From contig JAUCBJ010004643.1 in the NCBI GenBank assembly GCA_032718475.1, positions 1-64,000 on the forward strand: a stretch of DNA of 64,000 nucleotides, read 5' to 3'. The position numbers were made by a program, and so were the translations under genes. Under the pieces are notes generated by a model, which was given only the letters and a program-made list of their open reading frames with translations, did not search any database and was not told the DNA's origin. The DNA is from Nemertoderma westbladi (lineage: Eukaryota; Animalia; Xenacoelomorpha). Positions 37,826 through 49,160 of this stretch are shown here, one piece after another (position 1 is the stretch's first letter; the number at the start of each line of letters is the position of its first letter).

Positions 37826-40800
37826 ATGCCTTTCGTGTCCAAAAAACGTAAGCGACATATAAACAAATGTTCCAAATGCCAATGCATTATATCGAACGAA
37901 CGGTCGGGTTTATCCGAAGTTTGCGACCGCTGTGAATTGTCTGCTGTTGGTACGTCATCCATCAACAGTGAGATTCCTCTATCAAACGCCAACGATCCCC
38001 AAATTATCACTAGTAGCCAGATAGTACCACCTGAGGTACAGGTCATGTTACCAACAGACACTAACTCTGGTGAAAACGTAAGTACTAACCAGATTGAAAC
38101 ACACGACTCATATTGTAACTTGTACAATAATGGATTCGAGTCGGAATCCAGTTTAGAATACCCCGACAGTGACGAGGAGGAATCCATCCTCATGTCGTCC
38201 CAAAATGAGTCTCACACTTCAAGAACCCGTGTTAACCGACAAAGGTGCCAGGTATGCCGTCGAATTTGTAGAACAAATAGCTTATATTGCAATGCTCATC
38301 AAATGAGTTGGAGTAGACGCAACCCTGAAAGTAATACCAGTCGTAGTGCAGCGTCAGCTAACATAGAAAGCAGTGATAGTGACGTGAGTGGAATAGAAAA
38401 ATCATCAGCTGGTGATTCATCGTCATCATTTGATTTATCAGATGATGATGATATTGACGACTTTGCGTCGGATGGAGAGGTAATTCCAGGTGAATCACAA
38501 TTATCCAACCAGCCTCTAGAAAGGCGTAAATATTGTATAATATGTAACAATACACTCGTTTCACATAATTCTATGTATTGCACGTCACATAGAGCCATCC
38601 AAACAGTGCGCTCTATAACCACATTGAACACAAATGAGTCAGATATTGCGATGGTACAGCAACCATTAACATACAGCACAGAAATTTTAATGTGCCAGAA
38701 TTGTTTTCGTTGGGCTCTACCTTCCAATGATATAGACCTCGGGTATATACTCAGAAGTTCCGTGGCATTTACTAAACATTTCCGCCATATTCATAAACAT
38801 TCTGCGGACGCATATACAATATTATGTACATTATGCGCTGTATATTTGACCACAAAATATAATAAATCCTCCGCCCGCCAATGGCAGTTCATGTGGCCCT
38901 CTGTTCTCTGGCACCTCCTTTCCGTTAAAGGTATTGTTGATGATTTTCATCCGTGGAAATTCATCACAACATCCTTGCGGGAATCGTGGTTGCCTTCAGT
39001 GTCCCAAATGCACCACACATTAGTTGATGTCACCATAGAAACGCCGCCACCATATTTCAGAGATATTACCACTGATATCTCGGTGTTTCTAGATGACATC
39101 AAATCGATGAAACTCGTGAGACTCATAGCCGCACTTAATCGACACCCAAGTTGTTCGGTTAGATGTGTTTATGGTTGTCACGAGTTTCTAGAATACTCCA
39201 AACCAATATCATTGGCGGCGATATTAAATGAAGTCGTCCCCGACTTCACTGTGTACTGCTCTAAACATCTGAAATATATGCGTCCTGATTGGATGGAGAC
39301 AGTAAGTTTCCTCGAAATTTTCCAAGTTGCGCCGTCAGTTACGATATCCAACGAAGAGGGATTGTGTATCCGTGTGTGTAAACTACATAAGGGTGGCAAT
39401 ACCCTTCGCTACGTACACGTCCCACCAAACCCTGTTGTAGGGAGTTTCCCCTGCACAATTCCCGACCGCCTTGGCTCTGCAGTCTTTGTTCCGAGAACAT
39501 TTCGGACAGCCAAAGCCGGATACGCTTCCCACACCTACCAGATGTGGGAGGAACAGGGAGCGTATTCCGGTATGACCAGCTTCACTCTCTCGACTGATCG
39601 ACGTTTTGATGTCACAGACGAGAGAGTGGGGCAGTTAGAATCATTATTGCTCCAAACTCGCCCAGATTGTCTGGCCCTACTTTACAATCTTGTAAATAAC
39701 GGTCAGTTGTCTGAGCAGACAATGGAGCAATTTATTAATGTTCTTAAACCTTTGGATTTACAGGGACTGTTCTCCGCCCTATCCAAAGGTACTGCAGTAC
39801 CTCTATCAAGTGCTTTAGCACTACGGGACCAGTTAGGGACTGTGACTGTTCCTAATCTGGAACATATTCAGGAAAATGATCCGGAACATATTGGATCACT
39901 TCCTGATGATCAGATTGACCAGGTTTTAGAGCAAGTTTCTCTGGGGAACGTAGTTTGCGACCGCGTTCAGTCACCAGTTTTGTTGGCTGACCAGGGTGAT
40001 GCCGTTGTTGAACCACTTAACAACCATCCAAATATACCCGAACCTGTAATAGGTACTGTAGTTGGAAATCCGGTACAGTTCAACTCGTCCCAAATGAGAT
40101 TGTGGCCGAAAATTATCCCAAACGTACAAAATTGCGACGGCTACGGCGCTATGCCCTTAGTACCTATCATAAAAGATACTAGCAACTTGGTACTGTATCT
40201 TTGTTCTTCCATTTCACTTAACGTGGATGCAGTGTGGAAGTCATTACAACTTTCAGTCAATGACGGAAACTTCAAATGGTGTGGCTATCTGCTACGCTAT
40301 TTGTCTAAGTATATTACACCCTTCACTGCGTCAAAAAATAGTAATAGAAATATACCATTCATTAAACGACCAACTGATTTACAAATTAATGAAGTTTTAC
40401 GTAACATCCCATCAACAGCAGCGCCAGTGCAGCAGCAAGTTGCTACTATCTTCTCCAACTTGAACAAAATAGAAAATATTCGGATTGAACATAGATCCAT
40501 TATTTCTAATGAAAATGTGTCTGAATTTGTTCAGAATCTCCCACCATCTTCAGAAGTGAATGTCGTATTTATATCGACAGTAGAAAGGCCATCACCGGCC
40601 TTTTCCACTCCATTTGTCCCGGCAAAAATTATTTCCGTAAACAATATCAATACCTGGCAATTGCGTTTTCTTGCCACTTCGTTCTCCACTGCCGCCATTA
40701 TATACCAGTCATATCCTTTCGGGGTTAATGGCTGGTATATAGAGTCTAACAAGACTCCAACAAAGTCGCCAGTGCTGCCGACTGACATACTGCGGAAATG

Positions 40801-43800
40801 GTCTCTCGCAGTCTATACAACTATATATACTGTAGACGGCTCCCTTTTGAGGGACCAAACCTTACAATCAATGGGTGGCCAATCTAAAGTCAAATGTGCC
40901 ACACACCAGCTTCCCTTTATTAGGGAACTGCGCAATAATATATTCAAATGTGGAGAAACATTAGAAAATGGGTCGAGGTGCAAAAGGGTGGCTGCTTGGA
41001 GGTGTCCAGCATTTACTGCGCAACCCTGCAAGCAATGCCCAGCTGCACTTTGCAGGAAGCACTGGCAGTCATGTTCTTCAAATCGGGGTAGTTTCATTGT
41101 TCCTCCACCGGAAGATGAGGCCATCCTGACTGTAGAGCATGATGAGCCATTTAGTGACGATGACGTCATTGATGACGTATATTGTGACGTGGCCCCGGAA
41201 GTAGAGGTCATCTCTCAAGAACCTCTAGATTACACAGACGATCTAGATTTTGCAATGAACGCCGGTGTATTTTCTGATGACACTGGCCATGACCCGGCAG
41301 GTGCTGTTCCTCAGACTGACAGTGGTCTGTCGAGCCTTTCTTTTAATGTTGAAAGAAAGATGGTCCCTGGACATGTTATTCTTAACCACGGGATGGGACT
41401 CTTACAACGAAGGGGACATGTGGTAGACACGCCAGCATCGTTTAAGAGATGGCTGGAAAATCTCGTAGCCACTACACCAACAAAGTCCGTATCATTAATG
41501 TACCCCGAGTCAATTCTTTTCCCTTCCATTTTTTGGCAATTAATGGAGGATGGTTCAATTCCGGGTGCCATACCTCATCCCCTTTGGGGAAATTCCAGCG
41601 CCCGGAAAATGTTGGGTTTTGAAACTCTTAGTAAACAATTGCAAGTGCGGGTTTTAAACCAAGACCTTTTAACCTCCACCGACCCTACTGCTGATAAACT
41701 GCTACTTGCAGTTTATTTTCGATGCTTTATTAAATATTTTATTAAGAAATACGGACACCAGATTTGTTTCCAACCGTGGTTGGGAAGACATACTAAATTT
41801 TGCTGGAACCCTGCCAAAAGGAAATCAGACAGGGTTATTAAACCTGGATGTTACTGACAGTAACACCCGGGTCATTGAATTGGCTAGTTGCCTAGCCGAG
41901 AGGGGTGAGCCTACATATTTTTATACTCACTCCTTCTCCATGGACAGCCACTACGGTGTGAAGCCTATATTTCACCAGGTAGAATGTATTGTCGAGAAAC
42001 ACCGCCAACAATACATCTTAGATAACGGACTTCCCTGTGTTGGGGAAACTTACACTTGTAAGATGGCAGAATCGATCCGCCAGTCAGCCATGATCCAGCT
42101 CCTCCGGTCCGTCCAAAGAGCTGGATCTTATCATATGAATTACATTAGATTTTCAGCTGAGCAGCCTCTTGGTGAGGTTGACGATATGTGGTACACCTGG
42201 GAGTTCCAGGACACCAAAGGGAATGTACCACATATACATTCTCTAATCATAGTAAAGAATGCCGACAAAGAGTCTGATGAGGTATTTCTCCGCATCAGAG
42301 CCTCCGAACAGACATTCTTTACTAAGGATGAGATTGAGGAGTTCCTTGCTGAGGGTCTCATTCGAGACAGAGACCACCTGGATGAGATTTACCGCAATCT
42401 GGTACGTCTCATCCACGATTGTGAGAAATCGGGGTTTACCTGCCATAAGAAGGTAGACTCTTCTGGACAGCGTATTTGCCGCAAACACGTGAACCCGCCA
42501 TCGCATGGACATTATTATGAAGAGTTACCAAACAATCATTCCAAGGAAGCGTTACAGGTCTACCAACGACGGTATGGCCACAATCAATGAATACGGCACC
42601 TTCCAATTGCATGCCCCAATCCGTGCTGGGAAACATTTCTACGCCTCAGAGTATACCTATCCAATATTCTCGCCCTGTAACAACAGATTATTTGCGGCCA
42701 CACAGTGCAACGACAACCTATTGGTGTGCGATGGTTGCACCAGTTCACGTTATTGCGTCAAATACGCTGCCGGTGCTGAGGAGAAACGGGACGTACGATT
42801 TACCGCAGGCCAAGCATCGGCCAATGTAGTTCACGCACAGGAGGATGAGCTGAAGAACATTAAAATTTCAGGTCCCGCCATTCTGCGCAAGGAGGAATTG
42901 GAGAAACAAGCTAGTAAACAAAAGACCGTGTTTGCTCGGCTTGTTGGTGCTCCTGAGTTGGGGTGGCACATTTTGCACCTCCCCGTGACTGTCCCGTCGT
43001 CAGAATTTATCCATATTCCAACCACCTCCATAGAAAATAGGGCTGGGGTTGTTATGCCTTGGAAGAACCAAAATCCAAAGCATCCAGCCCATACAGAATG
43101 CGAACGTGTTCGCTCACAACTGCTGTATCTACCATCCCATCGTCATTTCACATCAAACCAAACTATGACGATGGTAGATCAACAGGATTCCATCATATCA
43201 GTTGATCTAATGACGGTGTTTTGTCTGCGGCCACCAGAACTCTTGTTTGTTTTACGACCAAAGTTATATTTAACTTGGTTTGCCCAAATTAAATTGCCAT
43301 CCAAAAAATCTGAAATTAAATCTATACACGAAAGGAAATTAAGAACAAATATACGGGAGTCAATGTGGGTAGATGGTACCAACCATATAGTACAACTACG
43401 ACCATCTGCGGTAAATGAATTAAAATCATATTGTACAAATTATAATTGTAAACATGCCAACGATTCAGAACGCGTTACTGATAATATGCTCTCCATAATA
43501 CATCTAATAGAATTAAACGACAAGCAGGTTACTAATAATTACATATACCAAAATTGTATATTCAAAGACAAAATTCCAATTGCTTGCGACCGAACCATCA
43601 CACCAATGAACCCTGTTAAATTCTTAGTCCACTTATTGTTGAGTATGGGGGAGTTCATAACTGAAATAGACCTGTTCCTCGTTCCAACAATGAGGGACTC
43701 GTTTATTAGAGCGGGACTTTTACCCGCTGCTGGTCCTTACACGCAGGAGAATGTAGACCAAATCCTCACCAAATACCAGTGGGAGCAACTGCGACACGTT

Positions 43801-46065
43801 CCAGGTGGGGTGAGAATGTCCGATAAGTATAATATTGTGGCAGCGGATCATGTGCTGCAAAACCTCATACTCAACAATGAGGTGACTACTTATGACACAC
43901 CTACTGTACTCCTAAGTACACTGCAAGAGGAAAATACCATAAAAATTGCAGGAATGCTGCATGATCTCAAACTGGCCACAATAAGAGCATTAAAGTTCGA
44001 CGTAGCCATCGTCAACATGCCGTCATTAGATGAACTGATGGCGGCCACTTTAGAACGGCCTCTTCCATGGAAACCCCAATTGGGAATGGCCCCCGGACAA
44101 TCCCAGGAATCCATGGAGGAACAGAAATATGCCATAGAGTGCATAACTCGGGCAGTTGATAGACTTCTTTCGGGGCACCACAGTTATTCAAAATTCCCCG
44201 TGATCCTTGGACCACCAGGCACTGGGAAAACTTTAGTGATGTGCTATGGTGCGGTTTATGCCATCGCAGGTGGCGCTAATATTATATTCACATCATTGGC
44301 CGCCGAGCGAGCAGTTAAATTTGGTGGAATACACATCCATCAATTACTGCCAATTCCTGTGATTGACCACGAGGGTGGCATCACTAATGTTACAGTTAAC
44401 TCGGAACAAACGGTACGAAAATTACATAACCACAAGGAGAAGTTGGCCTATCTGCGAAATTTACATGTACTTTTCGTAGAAGAAATAGGTACAGTGAGCG
44501 CGGAGATGTTCGCTGTACTGGATCAGGTTCTCCGCCATGTTCGTGAGAATGACTCTCCATTGGGCGGTGTACTAATGATTGCCACTGGCGATACAAAACA
44601 GCTGCCCCCAGTAAAAGGTCATCCAATATGGGTGTCAACCCATATGTTTACTACCTTCAACATCATTTTATTGAACCATTTTGTCCGTTCCGCCCTTGAC
44701 CCCGACCTTATTCGGGTGAACACACTTATCAGGAAATTGCACCTTTCCGAGGATGAGATTATAGAGTACACCTCTATTCTCTCTAGGAAGTGCAATTTCG
44801 TACGAACTTGGGACGCGGTTGACTCCTCTACCTTGAGGGTTTTTGGTAAGCGAAAGGCCGAACGGCAGAGCGTTAAACATATGTTGCATGTCGTTGGAAG
44901 CAGTGGAAAGGAGTGCATGGCAGTCACTGCAGAAGATGAAGAGTCAGTAACTGGTCAATCTGCATGGAAGTCTGCTTCAGCTGCTACAAGGCTGCTACAG
45001 GTCCTCAATAATCGAACCGATGAGCAAGTACTTACACTATTCTGTGGTGCTGTCATGCGGGTCACACGAAATGACCTCTCCCGGAAAGGCTGCTTCCAAG
45101 GCCAACTATGTGTAGTAACCTCTCTGCCTACTCAACCACTCGGGCCATTTAAAGTAATGGTGGCTCCACCCGGTCAAAGGACGGTTCCAGACGACCTAGA
45201 AGGTAGTGGTTGGAAGGAATATACAATACGTAAATTCCAGTCATTGTCTTATTCCGTAGGTCGTGGAATTAGTGGCCGTCGAACACAATACCCGTTGCGA
45301 CATTTTATAGCGGCCACTATCCATCGTATCTTAGTAGATACAATATTAAAATTAGCCACCGCTATTAGTGAGGTTGAGAGCGAGTACCACCTCTGGCTCC
45401 GCTCTCAATTAATCGTCTTGATTAGTAGACTAGAACTTCTAATTAACCTGACCTTCGTAGGAAACAAGGACGACATTCTCCTTGCTACATCTACTTTACT
45501 ACGTCAGGTAAGTCAGTACGACGTGTACATTGAACATGTGTTGTCTGTTGTGGCAACCAATGCACAACGACTACCTTCCGACCTCTACCCCGTAGTCGAC
45601 ATGAGTCTCCACCCCTTCCGGCCAGGTAATGTGACCCTCCCACAAACAACTTCCGGTTACGTATATTGCCTGATCTCTAGACCCTGTCCCAACGTCACTT
45701 ATATAGGGGAGTCACAGAGTCTGGTATCTGCCCTAAAGAACCACAACCAAGGGGGTACATTTGGCACTAGTGATGATTTTACATCCAACATTTCACTAAG
45801 ACCATGGGCAGTGCTCGCCTTCTTCACTGGGTTCGACTATCAACTTGGAACCAGTTACCAACGGCAACAGGTCATAGCTGGTTGGAAACTTCGGATAAAC
45901 GAGCTGTACGATTGGACCAATGCTCCCCCAAAGGAAGTATTGGTCGCAGCTCACGACACGTTGCAAATCCACAAACCCTTCCATCCAGACTTAAATCTCG
46001 TAGTTTGTGGAAGCCTTAAGGATCCTCCTGATTTTTTAAAGAGACCTACCGATAAACAAAACTAA
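37826..46065 (+). mobile_element. Helitron-like Rep-helicase gene (Zn fingers + HUH Rep + Pif1-like SF1 helicase + C-terminal GIY-YIG), ~2,740 aa, two frameshifts (~41690, ~42570)
   Basis: Three overlapping ORFs (1343, 294, 1186 aa). Rep motif I PTYFYTHS (~41910), II EFQDTKGNVPHIHSLI (~42200), III YCVKY (42751); helicase GPPGTGKT (44209), FVEEIG, GDTKQLPPV, QYPLR..AATIH, QLIVLISR; GYVYCL...TYIGES...HNQG...RPWAVLAFFTGF from 45655. Confidence 0.85.
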
Positions 46066-49000
46066 TACCCTTTTAATTAAATTATAATATTATACTATTT
46101 TTGAACTAGGCCTACTTCACGGCTATTATAACTTTTAAAAATTTTCAATTTATATTTCAATATTCAATATTATATTCAATATTTATAATATTATTTACAA
46201 CAAAATTACGCATTGGGCGCATCACGACAGATACTCAGAGTATATTTCAATATATACTCAATATATATTGATATATAAATCAATTTCAATATTAATCATA
46301 CTGTAGGTATGATAGTACTTATATGTGTACGTACAGTGTGTATGTATTTTTGTAAATATATGTACTATCATTTTTTGTATTTTTCGTAAGCATCGCATTA
46401 TAGTATAGTGTCCTATACTTTTAATGTAAGAGCGCATAAACAACCTCAAATGGTTATAAACAAATACAGTAAACAATACTGCGGGGGATGTATATAGTAA
46501 ATATATACTACTTAAAGAATTTGGTGTTTGTATTACTGTACATTTGTACATTAATTTATTGGATATGTTTTATTATATATTTTACATTGTACTGTACTGT
46601 TCGATCATTAATGAGCCACGCAATATCGAACATAATTTTTTCGAGTTATTTAATCTATTATAGCCAAGACTTGCTATATTATTATAATGATATGATTATA
46701 CTGTAGCATACTGTATAATGCCGAACAATACTGTACGGAGCTTATACAAAAAGCTACTGTACGGTTGTACTGTACTGTATAATATTTTCAAATAAAAACA
46801 AACTCGTTGAATTCGTAAGAAATTATTTTAGGCCCTATATTTTTCCTTCTTACAACTACTTACTGTACTGCATTATTAGAGGATTCTTCTTTAGAATATT
46901 AAAAAAGCTCCATATTTTGAGAAATTATTAACATTTGGGGTAACCAACACAAAAATATGATCTTTTGGGATTCAACTTTTGGGATCTCTGCCAATTTATA
47001 AATATAGATTTTATATAAATATATTAATTCAATGTGGTATGTTTCTGCAGTAAATAATATAATATAATAATATAAAACAATGGTATTCGAGCATAAATCA
47101 AACCCAATTGATCCACCACTTACTGTAAAATTAATTATTATATGTTATGATATTTAGTAGGTATATTTTATGATTATCAATAATAAAGCGATAACATTTC
47201 CAACCTTATATTTTAATATATTATTTACAAAACTACCCTCCCCGGCACTCTCCCGAAATAAATAAATCCTCCTCAGAGTCAGTTTATCCAGGTGGCGGGT
47301 CTCTTACATCCTGGAAGCGACGGTATAAGAACAATAGAATGAAATTGAAATAAACAAGCAGTGTGATATGTGTGATATCGGTGGGTTCGGTTCCATTTGA
47401 ATGAATCCATTCCTTTATTTTGCCTCATAATTAAAATCAGACAAGGTATGAATTTCTACAGTATCATACAGGGGGGGGGGGGGGGGGGGGGGGGAATAAA
47501 ATCAATACTGCACAACGATGTTCCGAAAGATTTATTAACATACTGTAAATCATCAACATGGTAACAAACAACGAATGTACGTACAGTATATATATGATGT
47601 TTCTTTACATTACAGTAATAATAATATGTACTTTAGGATAATACAGCGGCACTATTATTGTTATAAAATCGTGTGCAAAAGGGGAATTGATTTTGCGAAC
47701 GGGAATTACGGAATTTGATCACACCCGTCTTCAGTGTAAAATATATGTATCAGTATATAATTGCAATGACGTGTGCGACGCGAAAGACTAGAATAAATAA
47801 GAGGCAGATTTCTGAATGTTATCTAATAACAATTAATATTTGTGTTATCGTTACTAATGTAATAATCATTAATACGTATTTGTCATTCTATAAAGTGGGT
47901 GCGATATACAAAATACGTGATTAATCTACTGCAAAAAAATATTTCTACTGTAAAAAATAAAACTGCAACCTATTCTATTGTGTTTAGTTTATTGTTTTGG
48001 TTAAAATAACGTGCCGCTTCTTCGCGCTTTTAGACCTTAAACAGTTTAACCTGTTAATTTACGTGTCTCATGCTGTCTGACTGCCCGCACAAAATATGAC
48101 CACAGCAGAAGCCAGTCTAGCGCGGCGTATGACCCACCGTGTGTGGGAGACTGAATTCTATGGCCAGAGAGAGGGGTAGGCTACTTTGTATTATTCGACT
48201 GATCTCTATAATCTCCAAAAACTATGTTTATTTTCAGGGAAATACCAGCAGTTCCTCTAGATACTGCGCTTTAAATACTGCACAGAGTTATGACTTATAC
48301 TAATTACAATGGATGGTCATGAGACTGCACAGTGTTTACATCCTTTAGGAATGTGTAATTATTCTCTCACACTCACGTCACTAACAATAGTACTGAAATG
48401 CGCTATTTTGCCGACTGTCACCAATTTTACTCACATAAAAGGAGAAATTTAGCTCACGTACGTTGTGGGCTATGAAACAGCATGAACTCATGCAAACCAC
48501 TGTAATTAGAGCCAAGCAATTTTTACTAGTGTTCCCCTCTGCTTACCTCAATAATCAAGAAAACTAAGAGAGTTATCGGTTATTCATAGTATTCTCCAAA
48601 TATAAGCATCGATTAAATTAGTTACAAACCAAAATATATAATAACAGCATAAACAGTATAAATTATGCCATGCCGGTGGTACACAGTACAGCAATAGTGA
48701 AGTACAAGAGAGTACAAGAGATAATATACTGTGTTTTATAACACTCTGTTTATAACAGTCTGGCCACGGATGGTCTCGGGCAAGTTTAGAATATCAGAAT
48801 TAATGATTTTGTCATATTACCGTATACATATGTAAACAAAGAATTCGCAAAGTGAAAATCGCGCTGATTGGCTGAAATATAACATAGGCTCTACGCATAA
48901 AGAAACAGCTGGCTAATTTCATCATGGTAGCTCTGTACTAAAACAGAGGCTAGAGGACATAAGCTAATACTTTGAAATAATGCTGGCCTTTTTGGAGTAG

Positions 49001-49160
49001 TTCGCAAATTGCACCAAAACAACAAATTTTTGCCGCAAAAGCTTTAACACCGCTCCCAGAAAATGGGACTCAAGTCTATAATATATATATAGAGTCACAG
49101 TTTCTAATAAATTTACTACTCGAAACAATCAATCCTTTTTTCTAGAACAAGTTACTTTTT

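Noticed and set aside
41680-42580. Programmed ribosomal frameshifting or introns in the Rep-helicase
   Set aside because: No slippery heptamer or convincing GT-AG intron at either junction; they look like small indels (duplicated actgct near 41687; about 2 bp lost near 42570) or assembly errors.
42505-46065. Cellular PIF1 gene or viral helicase
   Set aside because: Fused to HUH Rep motifs, intronless and frameshifted in a TE-rich region; no capsid or polymerase genes nearby.
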